Assembly (NCBI GenBank): GCA_964476835.1
Contig: CAYZCE010000008.1
Coordinates: 512 to 64,511, forward strand
Origin: an uncultured Rhodospirillaceae bacterium
Lineage (GTDB): Bacteria; Pseudomonadota; Alphaproteobacteria; Micavibrionales; UBA2020
Reading direction: 5' to 3'
DNA length: 64,000 nt
The notes under the pieces are model-generated. The model did not search any database. It was not told the origin of the DNA and worked only from the letters and a program-made list of their open reading frames with translations. Position numbers and translations under genes: made by a program. The first letter of the stretch is position 1. Each line of letters starts with the position of its first letter. Shown in pieces: positions 55,582 to 64,000 of this stretch.

Positions 55582-56946
55582 ATGGCGCGCACGGCCACGC
55601 TTTTCGTCTGTCAGTCCTGTGGCTCCTCCCACAACAAGTGGGCGGGCAAGTGCGAGGCATGCGGCGGCTGGAACACCATCGTCGAGGAAATTCAGGCCGA
55701 ACGCCCGCCGCAAGGGCTGGGCGCCAAGCTTAAGGGCCGCGTGATCGACTTCTCCGCGCTCTCCGGCGTGCCGGCGCAGGAACCGCGCCGCAAGACGGGC
55801 ATGGCGGAATTCGATCGCGTCACCGGCGGCGGCTTGGTGGCAGGCTCCGCGATCCTCATCGGCGGCGACCCCGGCATCGGCAAGTCAACGATCTTGCTGC
55901 AAGCCACGGCGACGCTCTCGAAAAATTCCAGATGCGCTTATATCTCCGGCGAAGAATCCGTCGACCAGGTGCGCTTGCGCGCGCAGCGGCTCGGCTTGTC
56001 GGCCGCGAACGTCAATCTCGCTTCCGTCACCTCGGTGCGCGACATCATCGCGACGATGGAAAGGGACAAGTTCGACGTCGTCGTCATCGATTCCATCCAG
56101 ACCATGTATCTCGACACGCTCGACAGCGCGCCCGGCACGGTGGCGCAGGTGCGGGCGAGCGCGCAGGAGCTCATCCGCGCGGCCAAGCGTGGCGGCACCT
56201 GCCTGCTCATCGTCGGCCACGTCACCAAGGACGGCCAGATCGCAGGTCCCCGCGTGCTGGAGCACATGGTCGACACAGTCCTTTATTTTGAAGGCGACCG
56301 CGGCCACACCTTCCGCATCCTGCGCGCGGTGAAGAACCGCTTCGGCGCGACTGATGAGATCGGCGTCTTTGAAATGGGCGAATTGGGCTTGCAGGAAGTG
56401 ACGAACCCGTCTGAACTTTTTCTCTCGCAACGCCAGCAAGAAGTTTCCGGCAGCGCCGTGTTTGCCGGCATGGAAGGCACGCGCCCGGTGCTGGTGGAAA
56501 TGCAGGCGCTGGTCGCGCCGTCGCCGCTCGGCACGCCGCGCCGCGCGGTGATCGGCTGGGATCAAGCACGTCTTTCTATGGTGCTCGCGGTGCTGGAAGC
56601 GCGCTGCGGCGTGGCAATCGGCGCGAACGACGTTTACCTCAACGTCGCGGGGGGCTTGCGCATCAACGAACCTGCCGCCGACCTGGCCGTCGCCGCGGCG
56701 CTGGTCAGCTCGATGTCGGGCGTCACCGTGCCCGCCGACATGGTCATCTTCGGCGAGATCGGCCTCTCGGGCGAGATCCGCAACGTCGGCCAGCTCGACA
56801 AAAGGCTGAAAGAGGCGGAAAAGCTCGGCTTCAAGCACGCGCTGATCCCCGCCCATGCCAAGACGCCGAAGCGTTCTGGCGACCTGCGCCTGACGCAGGT
56901 GTCGCAATTGAAAGACATCCTGCCCCTGTTCACGGAGGACAACTGA
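55582..56946 (+). CDS. radA: DNA repair protein RadA (Sms)
   Basis: Zn-finger CQSCGSSHNKWAGKCEACGGWNT, Walker A GGDPGIGKST, KNRFG motif and a Lon-like C-terminal domain. Confidence 0.95.
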   Translation: MARTATLFVCQSCGSSHNKWAGKCEACGGWNTIVEEIQAERPPQGLGAKLKGRVIDFSALSGVPAQEPRRKTGMAEFDRVTGGGLVAGSAILIGGDPGIGKSTILLQATATLSKNSRCAYISGEESVDQVRLRAQRLGLSAANVNLASVTSVRDIIATMERDKFDVVVIDSIQTMYLDTLDSAPGTVAQVRASAQELIRAAKRGGTCLLIVGHVTKDGQIAGPRVLEHMVDTVLYFEGDRGHTFRILRAVKNRFGATDEIGVFEMGELGLQEVTNPSELFLSQRQQEVSGSAVFAGMEGTRPVLVEMQALVAPSPLGTPRRAVIGWDQARLSMVLAVLEARCGVAIGANDVYLNVAGGLRINEPAADLAVAAALVSSMSGVTVPADMVIFGEIGLSGEIRNVGQLDKRLKEAEKLGFKHALIPAHAKTPKRSGDLRLTQVSQLKDILPLFTEDN

Positions 56947-56947
56947 C

Positions 56948-57646
56948 ATGACCCCGCTCGCGCTCGACGTTTGCGTCGCGCTCATCATCCTGCTCTCGAC
57001 CGTCGTCGCCTACATGCGCGGCATCATCAAGGAAGCCTTCACGCTCGGCGGCCTTATCCTTGCGGTGCTGCTGACATGGAAGGGCGGGCATGTCCTGCTG
57101 CCCGCCTTTAACGCATGGTTCAACGTGCCGGAAGACGGCGTGGACAAAAAAGGCGTGCTGGTCTTCGGCATGATGGCGCCGTCGCTCGCGGCCAAGGTCT
57201 TCTCTTACGGCACCACCTTCCTCGGCGCGCTGCTGGTGATGATGCTGACCGGCTATTTCATCTCGCGCTGGATCAACGAGGCGGGCCTCGGCGTCCTCGA
57301 CAAGATTTTCGGCGCGGTCTTCGGCGCGCTGCGCGGTTTCTTGCTGGTCTTCGTGCTGTATGTGCCGTGCACCTATGTCTTCGACTTCAAGAAGTTCCCC
57401 GAATGGGCGCTGCAATCGACCAGCGTGCCGATCCTGCAGTCGACGCTCGACTGGGTCGACCGCACCTGGGACCTCGACAAGAAGGTGCAGAGCAAGGCCG
57501 AGGGCGTCGTCATCAAGTTCGACAAGACGGACATCGACAAGCTCGGCGACGGGGAGCCGACCTCGCTCAACGACGAAGTCAAGGACGACATCCAGCGCGA
57601 GGAAAAGGATGTGCAAAAAGAAATCCCCGCCGCGGACAGGAAGTAA
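56948..57646 (+). CDS. cvpA: CvpA family membrane protein
   Basis: N-terminal DVCVALIILLSTVVAYMRGIIKEAFTLGGLILAVLL plus further TM helices. Canonical position after radA. It has an extended acidic C-terminal tail. Confidence 0.82.
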   Translation: MTPLALDVCVALIILLSTVVAYMRGIIKEAFTLGGLILAVLLTWKGGHVLLPAFNAWFNVPEDGVDKKGVLVFGMMAPSLAAKVFSYGTTFLGALLVMMLTGYFISRWINEAGLGVLDKIFGAVFGALRGFLLVFVLYVPCTYVFDFKKFPEWALQSTSVPILQSTLDWVDRTWDLDKKVQSKAEGVVIKFDKTDIDKLGDGEPTSLNDEVKDDIQREEKDVQKEIPAADRK

Positions 57647-57649
57647 GCC

Positions 57650-57871
57650 ATGGTCCGTCGCCGCAAAAGCTGGAAACTCAAGTATGCCATCGTCGCCGCG
57701 GCCCTGGTCGCCGCCGCTGCCGCCATATTCATCTATCGCGGCAACGGCATGGAATACTGGCACCGCCTGACCGCGCCGGCGCCGGTCGTGACGCAAAAAC
57801 AAGTCGGCTACAAGGCCGAAGATCGTCACAAGCTCGAACAACTCATCAACACGGATGCGAAAAATGATTGA
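57650..57871 (+). CDS. small membrane-anchored hypothetical protein (73 aa)
   Basis: Basic N-terminus plus one TM (YAIVAAALVAAAAAIFIY). Tight spacing to cvpA. Weak evidence only. Confidence 0.42.
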   Translation: MVRRRKSWKLKYAIVAAALVAAAAAIFIYRGNGMEYWHRLTAPAPVVTQKQVGYKAEDRHKLEQLINTDAKND

Positions 57872-58595
57872 GATCCTCAAGAAGAAAACCGCCAAACGCC
57901 TCGAAGGCCGCGTCGCCCTGATAACCGGCGCATCGCGCGGCATCGGCGCGGCGGTTGCCAAGGCCTATGCCCGCGAAGGCGCGCATGTGGTGCTGCTCGC
58001 GCGCACGGTCGGCGGGCTCGAGGAAGTGGATGATGCCATCCAGTCCGCGGGCGGCACCGCCACGCTCCTGCCACTCGACCTCAACAAGCCGGAGCAGGTC
58101 GCCGCCGTCGCGCCGGCGATTGCGGAGCGTTTCCGCCGCCTCGACATCCTTGTCGCCAATGCCGGCATCCTCGGCACGCTCAGCCCTGTCGCCATGTCGG
58201 ACGCCAAGGTGTGGGAGGGCGCGTTCAAGACCAACCTGTTCGCCAACTACCACCTGATCCGCGCGCTCGACCCGCTGCTGCGCGGCAGCGACGCGGGACG
58301 CGCGATCTTCGTGACGTCGGCCGCCGCGCACCTGCATGCGCCGTTCTGGAGCGCCTATGGCGCGTCGAAGGCCGCGCTGGAAGCGATGGTCAAGACCTAT
58401 GCGGCCGAAGTCGCCTACAGCCCCTTGCGCGTCAACATCCTCGACCCCGGCATCGTGCGCACCGCGATGCGCGCCGAAGCCTTCCCGGGCGAAGACGCGT
58501 CGCGCCTGCCGCCGCCCGACAGCGTGGTCGAGAAGTTCATCGAGCTGGCCTCGTCTTCCTGCGTCCTCACCGGCCAGACGGTCGCCGCCGCATGA
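57855..58595 (+). CDS. SDR family oxidoreductase
   Basis: GRVALITGASRGIGAAVA (TGxxxGxG), NAGI and YGASKAALE (YxxxK). Start at 57855 or 57864. Confidence 0.88.
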   Translation: MRKMIEILKKKTAKRLEGRVALITGASRGIGAAVAKAYAREGAHVVLLARTVGGLEEVDDAIQSAGGTATLLPLDLNKPEQVAAVAPAIAERFRRLDILVANAGILGTLSPVAMSDAKVWEGAFKTNLFANYHLIRALDPLLRGSDAGRAIFVTSAAAHLHAPFWSAYGASKAALEAMVKTYAAEVAYSPLRVNILDPGIVRTAMRAEAFPGEDASRLPPPDSVVEKFIELASSSCVLTGQTVAAA

Positions 58596-59539
58596 TTGCC
58601 GTCAATCCCCATGCCGATCCCGCGTCGGACGCGGCGCGCGCCGGCTTGCGCCTGCGCCGCCGCGCCGCACAGGCGGGGATGGGGGTCGCCTGCACGCTGA
58701 TCGTGTTCAAGCTGGCCGCTTACATGTTGACCGATTCCGTCGCGGTCATGACGTCCTTGATGGATTCCACCTTCGACGCCGTCGCCTCGATGGTGACGGT
58801 GATGAGTGTCGTGCACGCCGCCGTTCCCGCCGACGAAGACCACCGCTTCGGCCACGGCAAGATTGAGGCGCTCTCCGCGCTGGGGCAGGCCTTGTTCATC
58901 TTCGGTTCGGCGGGATACCTGTTTTTCGAATCCGTGCACCGCTTCGCGCAGCCGCAGCCGGTGCAGGCGCCGCTGGTCGGCATCGGCGTCATGCTGTTCT
59001 CGATCGTGCTGACGACGGGGCTGCTCGCCTACCAGAAAAGCGTCATCCGCCGCACGCGCTCGGTCGCCATCGTGGCCGACAACCTGCATTACCTCGGCGA
59101 CTTGTGGATGAACGCCAGCGTGCTGGCCGCCGTCTTCCTCAGCTATAAGTTCGACTGGCCGTATTTCGACCCCTTGTTCGCGTCGTTGATCGCCGTCGTC
59201 GTGCTGTTCAACGCGCGCGTGGTCGGCCGGCAGGCTTTCGACATCCTGCTCGACAAGGAACTGTCGGATGAGGAACGCGCGAAGATCGTCGCGCTGGTCT
59301 CCGCGCATCCGGCGGTGCGCGGGGTGCATGACCTGCGGACGCGCCACAGCGGACAGCAAGCCTTCATCGAATTCCACCTCGAGCTGGACGGCGAATTAAA
59401 GCTGAGCGCGGCGCACGACGTGACCGACGAGCTGGAAGGCATCCTGTTCGAGGCGTTCCCGCAGGCCGAAGTTATCATCCATCAGGAACCGGCGGGGCTG
59501 AACGACCACCGCCTCGACAACGTCATCGCGTCGCGCTGA
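58592..59539 (+). CDS. cation diffusion facilitator (CDF) family metal efflux transporter
   Basis: Trimmed to MIAVNPH (ATGA overlap with the SDR stop). DSVAVMTSLMDSTFD, HRFGHGKIEAL and C-terminal VHDLRTRHSGQQAFIEFHLELD. Confidence 0.9.
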   Translation: MIAVNPHADPASDAARAGLRLRRRAAQAGMGVACTLIVFKLAAYMLTDSVAVMTSLMDSTFDAVASMVTVMSVVHAAVPADEDHRFGHGKIEALSALGQALFIFGSAGYLFFESVHRFAQPQPVQAPLVGIGVMLFSIVLTTGLLAYQKSVIRRTRSVAIVADNLHYLGDLWMNASVLAAVFLSYKFDWPYFDPLFASLIAVVVLFNARVVGRQAFDILLDKELSDEERAKIVALVSAHPAVRGVHDLRTRHSGQQAFIEFHLELDGELKLSAAHDVTDELEGILFEAFPQAEVIIHQEPAGLNDHRLDNVIASR

Positions 59540-60824
59540 CCTTCGCGCCGAGGCCGTTCATCAGCGCCGCGAATCCCGGGAAGCTGGTATTGATCGTTTC
59601 CGCATCATCAATGGTGATAGCTTCGCGTGCGGCCATGCCCATGACGAGGAAGCTCATGGCGATGCGGTGATCGAGCTTGGTCTCGATCGCGCAGCCGCCC
59701 TGCGGGCGCTCGCCGCCGGTGACGGTGAGGCTGTCTTCGCCCATCTCTACGCTCACGCCCGCCGCGGCCAGCCCGGCCGCCATTGCGGCCAAGCGGTCGC
59801 TTTCCTTGACGCGCAGTTCGGCCAGGTCCGTCATCACGGTGCGGCCTTCCGCAAAGGCGGCGGCGACCGAGAGGATGGGGAATTCGTCGATCATCGAGGG
59901 CACGCGGTCGGGCGGCACGGCGACACCCTTGAGCCGGCTTGATTTGACGCGGATGTCGGCAACCGTCTCGCCGCCGATGTCGCGCTGGTTGATGAAGGCA
60001 ATGTCCGCGCCCATTTCCAGCAGCATGTCGTAAATGCCGTGACGGCGCGGGTTGAGCAGCACGCCTTTAAGTGTGAGGTCGGAACCTTCGGTGATCAGCG
60101 CCGCCACGGTCAGGAACGCGGCGGAGCTGGGATCGGCGGGCACGTCGATCTTTCCGCCCTTCAATTTTGCACCGCCTTTGACGGTGACGACGGCGCCGTC
60201 AACGGACACCTGCGCGCCCATATGCGCGAGCATGCGCTCGCTGTGGTCGCGCGTCGGCTGCGGCTCGGTGATGACGGTGTCGCCTTGCGCGTGCAGCGCG
60301 GCGAGCATGATCGCGGATTTCAGCTGTGCGGAGGCGACTGGCAGCGTGTAGCTGATCGCGCGCAAGTCGCGGCGGCCTATGACAGTCAATGGCAGGCGGT
60401 CGCCGCCTTCGGCTGCAATCGCCGCGCCCATCTCCGTCAGCGGCGTGATGACGCGGCGCATCGGGCGGCGGCTGAGCGAGGCGTCGCCGGTAAACGTGGC
60501 GGCGATCGGGTATCCCGCGACCAATCCCATCAGGAGCCGCGTCGAGGTGCCGCTGTTGCCGAGATAAAGCGCGGCATCCGGCTTTTGCAAGCCGCGCGCG
60601 CCGACGCCGATGATGCGCCAGACATCGTTTTCTTCCGTGATGACGGCGCCCATGGCGCGCATCGCGCCGGCGGTCGCGCGTACGTCTTCGCCGGTGAGCA
60701 GGCCGGTGACGGTCGTCTCGCCCTCGGCGATCGTGCCGAACATCAGCGCGCGGTGAGAGATGGACTTGTCGCCCGGGATGGCGGCGGTGCCGGTCAGGCC
60801 CTGAATCGGATGAGATATCAACAT
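59523..60824 (-). CDS. aroA: 3-phosphoshikimate 1-carboxyvinyltransferase (EPSP synthase)
   Basis: IPGDKSISHRALMFG, LGNSGTSTRLLMG and KESDRL. Confidence 0.95.
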   Translation of the reverse strand: MLISHPIQGLTGTAAIPGDKSISHRALMFGTIAEGETTVTGLLTGEDVRATAGAMRAMGAVITEENDVWRIIGVGARGLQKPDAALYLGNSGTSTRLLMGLVAGYPIAATFTGDASLSRRPMRRVITPLTEMGAAIAAEGGDRLPLTVIGRRDLRAISYTLPVASAQLKSAIMLAALHAQGDTVITEPQPTRDHSERMLAHMGAQVSVDGAVVTVKGGAKLKGGKIDVPADPSSAAFLTVAALITEGSDLTLKGVLLNPRRHGIYDMLLEMGADIAFINQRDIGGETVADIRVKSSRLKGVAVPPDRVPSMIDEFPILSVAAAFAEGRTVMTDLAELRVKESDRLAAMAAGLAAAGVSVEMGEDSLTVTGGERPQGGCAIETKLDHRIAMSFLVMGMAAREAITIDDAETINTSFPGFAALMNGLGAKVSATR

Positions 60825-60926
60825 AAGCGCAATATCTCACGAAGTGTTTGAAAGATAAAGGAAATTAATGGTTTATGAGAGTTTATGAAAAAATTAAGAT
60901 ATTCTCCGTAAACTGAGGCTACATAT

Positions 60927-62576
60927 ATGAAGGATATACATATGCCGACCAAAAACTTCAGCCCAGCAGAAATCGAGCAATACAAGAAGGGTATCCTCCT
61001 CCGGGACTACATGGCGGTATATGCGGCGGTCGATGCCGGCGTCGACATGGCGACACCGATCCCCGCGGCATCCGGCAGCCTCCACCCGCTCGAATCCTTG
61101 GTGTACGCCCGCCATAATCCCAAGCAAGACATCACCGCGGCGGCGTTCAACGAACGCGGCACCGAGATCATCAATTATCTGCTCGGACAGGAGATCCCGC
61201 TCGTCGAGGACGAGATTTACGCCAACGCCAGCTGCGACTGGCTTGTCGACCGCCTGACGGCGGGCGCCAATGTCGGCGACGTTTCCAATATCGTCATCCG
61301 CGCGATCCAGCAGAGCCTGGAGCGGGGCGGCGATGTTTACGAACTGGATGACGACGTCTTCATCAACAATTACCTCGACTGGCGGCTCGGCGAAAACGGC
61401 GACCTGATGGGCAAGACATCCGAAGCCGTCCGCGCCATGCAGACGCTGCACGACGCCGTGCGGCAGCGCCTTGAGTCGCCGACGACCGACGTCGAGAAGG
61501 ACTTGGCCGAGAATTACGGCGACGCGCTGGGCTATTGGCTGGAAGACATCGAGCTTCCCAGTGCGAAGAATTTCGTCGCGCAACTCCTTATCGCCGAAGA
61601 GCAGGAAAACGGGGAAGAGGCGGAAGGCGGCCAGTTCGACAAGATGGTGAAGACCCTGCCTAAGAAGACGCCGCGGGAAGTGATGGCCGAGATCGGCAGT
61701 CTCATCGGCATGGACGACTTCAAGCGCAACGCGCGCTCCCTCGTCTTGCGCACCCAGTTCGACGCCGCGCGCGCCAGCAAGAACATGCCGGTCACGCATC
61801 AGGCCATGCACACGGTCTTCGGCGGTAATCCCGGCACCGGCAAGACCACCGTCGCGCGCCTCAAGGCGGAGCTGCTCTATTCGCTCGGCCTCGGCGGCCC
61901 GCGCTATCTCGAGATCAGCCGGGAGAACATGGTCGGCCAATACATCGGCCAGACCGAGAAAAAGATGGTGGCGCTGCTCAATAGCGCCGATACGATCTTC
62001 ATCGACGAGGCCTATAACCTCGTCGGCGACGCCAGCGACAAGAAGGACTACGGCAACCATGTCGTCGATGCGCTGATGACCGCGCTCGAGAACCGCCGCG
62101 AGGAACTGACCGTGTTCTTCGCCGGCTATCCCGACAGCATGAAGACATTCCTTGCCGCCAATCCGGGCCTGAAGTCGCGCATCAGCAACTATCAGCAGAT
62201 GAACGATTACACGACTGAGGAACTCGGCCTCATCATGGACTTCATGCTCGAGAAATCCGGCCTCAAGATGGATGCGGAGGCGCGCGATTTCGCGCTGACG
62301 CAGCTCGCCGAGGCGAAGGAATCGGCGGGCGACCGCGATTTCGGCAACGCCCGCATCGTCCGCACGCTGGTCGAGCAACTGCCCAACAAGATGTCCGAAC
62401 GCCTCTTCGCCGCAGATGGTGTATCGCCCGAAAAATTGACGGAAGCCGACCTCTCGACCGTCACCAAGGCCGACGTCGCGGCGCTCCGCCTTTCCGAGTC
62501 GATCGGCATCGCGTCCGCAAAAGAAAAAAAGCGGGAGCCCCTCGGCTATCGCTACGGCGCCATGAAATCCGGATAG
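60927..62576 (+). CDS. AAA+ ATPase of the CbbX/CfxQ/SpoVK type with unassigned ~270-aa N-terminal domain
   Basis: C-terminal half: Walker A GNPGTGKTT, Walker B TIFIDEAY, VFFAGYPDSM and GNARIVRTLVEQ. The N-terminal half has no clear family. AT-rich upstream region. Start at 60927 or 60942. Confidence 0.84.
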   Translation: MKDIHMPTKNFSPAEIEQYKKGILLRDYMAVYAAVDAGVDMATPIPAASGSLHPLESLVYARHNPKQDITAAAFNERGTEIINYLLGQEIPLVEDEIYANASCDWLVDRLTAGANVGDVSNIVIRAIQQSLERGGDVYELDDDVFINNYLDWRLGENGDLMGKTSEAVRAMQTLHDAVRQRLESPTTDVEKDLAENYGDALGYWLEDIELPSAKNFVAQLLIAEEQENGEEAEGGQFDKMVKTLPKKTPREVMAEIGSLIGMDDFKRNARSLVLRTQFDAARASKNMPVTHQAMHTVFGGNPGTGKTTVARLKAELLYSLGLGGPRYLEISRENMVGQYIGQTEKKMVALLNSADTIFIDEAYNLVGDASDKKDYGNHVVDALMTALENRREELTVFFAGYPDSMKTFLAANPGLKSRISNYQQMNDYTTEELGLIMDFMLEKSGLKMDAEARDFALTQLAEAKESAGDRDFGNARIVRTLVEQLPNKMSERLFAADGVSPEKLTEADLSTVTKADVAALRLSESIGIASAKEKKREPLGYRYGAMKSG

Positions 62577-62651
62577 CGGCGAAACAGCCTTCCGGCCTGC
62601 GGCGAAAGGGGCTATAGTGGGGCCAGTCCTTCCCACGACCTCCGGGCGCCG

Positions 62652-63464
62652 ATGCACGCTTCATACCTTGACTTGATCCTCCTCCTTCTCGCCGTCGGCT
62701 GCGTCGGCGGGTTTTTGTCGGGGCTGCTGGGCGTCGGCGGGGGCATCATCTTCGTGCCGGCGCTTTATTTTTGCCTGCAGCAGGCCGGCGTCGGCGCGGA
62801 ATATGCCATGCACGTCTCGATCGCGACGTCGCTGGCGGTCGTGCTGGTCACCGCGGCATCCTCGGCCTTCTGGCACCACAAGAAAGGCTCGGTCGATTTC
62901 TCCATCCTTAAAAGCTGGGGGCCTTATGCCGTGATCGGCGTCGCGACGGGCACGTGGTTTGCGGCCGGGGTCGGCGGGCATTTCCTCAAGCAGTTCTTTG
63001 CCGGCATGACGCTGCTGACCGCCGCTTACATGGCTTTCTCGCATGAGCCGGTGGAAGGCGGGCATCACCGCATGCCCCTCTGGGTGCAGCGCGGACTGGC
63101 AATCGTGATCGGCGCGATCGCGGCGCTGATCGGCGTCGGCGGCGCGATGATGAATATCCCGCTGATGGCCTATAACGGCGTGCCGATGCGCAAATCGGTC
63201 GGCACCGGCGGCGTGCTGGGCTTTGTCATCTCTCTTCCTGCCATCATCGGCTATATCCTCTCGGGCCTGCCGCATCAGGCCGAGCTGCCGCCGGGATCGT
63301 TCGGCTATGTCAACGGGCTGGCCGTGGCGGTCATCATCCCGGTATCGCTGATCCTGTCGCCGATCGGCGTGCATGTCAGCCACACGATGCCGCGCGAGCG
63401 GTTGCGGCGCATCTTCGCCGTTGTCCTCGTCCTTGTCTCAATCCGCATGTTCATGACGCTCTGA
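62652..63464 (+). CDS. TauE/SafE (DUF81) family sulfite/anion exporter-like membrane protein
   Basis: 270 aa polytopic protein. GFLSGLLGVGGGIIFVPALY and a second GAIAALIGVGGAMMNIPLM repeat, typical of the family. Confidence 0.85.
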   Translation: MHASYLDLILLLLAVGCVGGFLSGLLGVGGGIIFVPALYFCLQQAGVGAEYAMHVSIATSLAVVLVTAASSAFWHHKKGSVDFSILKSWGPYAVIGVATGTWFAAGVGGHFLKQFFAGMTLLTAAYMAFSHEPVEGGHHRMPLWVQRGLAIVIGAIAALIGVGGAMMNIPLMAYNGVPMRKSVGTGGVLGFVISLPAIIGYILSGLPHQAELPPGSFGYVNGLAVAVIIPVSLILSPIGVHVSHTMPRERLRRIFAVVLVLVSIRMFMTL

Positions 63465-64000
63465 TGGAAAAAAACAAATCTGTTGCGCTTTGGCTGTTCC
63501 TGTCCGCTGCCGCGGTCTTCCTGATGGCGGTGATCGGCGCGGTCACGCGGCTCACCGAATCCGGCCTCTCCATCGTTGAATGGAAGCCGATCGCGGGCGC
63601 GCTGCCGCCCCTGAACGATGCCGATTGGCAGCAAACTTTCGCGCTCTATAAGACCAGCCCGCAGTACAAGATGGTTAACCTCGGCATGAGCCTGGACGAT
63701 TTCAAGCACATTTTTTTCTGGGAGTGGCTGCACCGCCTGTGGGGGCGCACGATCGGCATCATCTATGCGCTGCCGCTTGCGTATTTCTGGCTGCGCGGAA
63801 AAATCCTGGCGGCAGCGAAGAAGCCGCTGCTCGGCATTCTCGCGCTCGGCTTCCTGCAGGGAGCGATGGGATGGTTCATGGTCAAGAGCGGTCTTGTCGA
63901 CCAGCCCGCAGTCAGCCATTACCGCCTGGCCGCGCACCTCTTGCTGGCCTTCATCATCTTCTGCGCGATGTTCCGCATGGGGCTGGCGTTCTGCGTGACG
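63464..64000 (+). CDS. ctaA: heme A synthase (COX15/CtaA), 5' partial at window edge
   Basis: Not in the ORF track because it runs off the window. My translation from ATG 63464 gives MEKNKSVALWLFLSAAAVFLMAVIGAVTRLTESGLSIVEWKPIAGALPPLNDADWQQTF...FFWEWLHRLWGRTIG, which is the COX15 N-terminal pattern. The start overlaps the upstream stop (TGATG). Confidence 0.85.
   Translation, partial: MEKNKSVALWLFLSAAAVFLMAVIGAVTRLTESGLSIVEWKPIAGALPPLNDADWQQTFALYKTSPQYKMVNLGMSLDDFKHIFFWEWLHRLWGRTIGIIYALPLAYFWLRGKILAAAKKPLLGILALGFLQGAMGWFMVKSGLVDQPAVSHYRLAAHLLLAFIIFCAMFRMGLAFCVT

Noticed and set aside
58211-58591. Long N-terminal extension of the CDF transporter ORF (58211..59539)
   Set aside because: The extension overlaps the SDR gene out of frame and translates to an Arg/Pro/Ala-rich sequence. 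The CDF homology begins at MIAVNPH (58592), which overlaps the SDR stop as ATGA.
60894-62657. 587-aa minus-strand ORF antisense to the AAA+ ATPase gene
   Set aside because: No motifs and a biased composition. The plus strand has Walker A/B and the CbbX-type arginine motif.

Overview
GC-rich (by eye roughly 60-65%), tightly packed chromosomal segment. Gene content and order look alphaproteobacterial: GapR/DUF2312, long-form HPF, MotE, flgF-G-A-H, lptC-A-B and COX15-type ctaA. I can support about 60 protein genes, 3 tRNAs, two sigma54-type promoters and several intrinsic terminators. I see no rRNA, CRISPR array, transposase, integrase or prophage. Core genes: lipB, gapR, kup, hpf-rpoN, mnmC, gcvT-H-P, tkt-GNAT-gap, an OYE flavoenzyme, kdsD-lptC-lptA-lptB, fliL-fliM-x-motE (minus strand) facing flgF-flgG-flgA-flgH (plus strand), three FadD-like acyl-CoA ligases, waaA-lpxK-lpxL, radA-cvpA, a CDF transporter, aroA, a TauE-like permease and the 5' part of ctaA. 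Best candidates for something undescribed: (1) three tandem ankyrin-repeat genes with a shared basic, proline-rich C-terminal tail, including a 36-nt exact DNA repeat, embedded between an RNase D-like gene and kdsD-lptCAB; (2) two paralogous autotransporters flanking a PaaK/F390-synthetase-like adenylating enzyme; (3) a protein with the full motif series of a eukaryotic-type class I cyclic-nucleotide phosphodiesterase, next to a secreted Sel1-repeat protein; (4) a REC plus degenerate GGDEF regulator that keeps the RxxD I-site; (5) a CbbX/SpoVK-type AAA+ ATPase with an unassigned N-terminal domain of about 270 aa. All calls rest on reading the translations and the DNA by eye. Start codons are best guesses, and no database search was possible.
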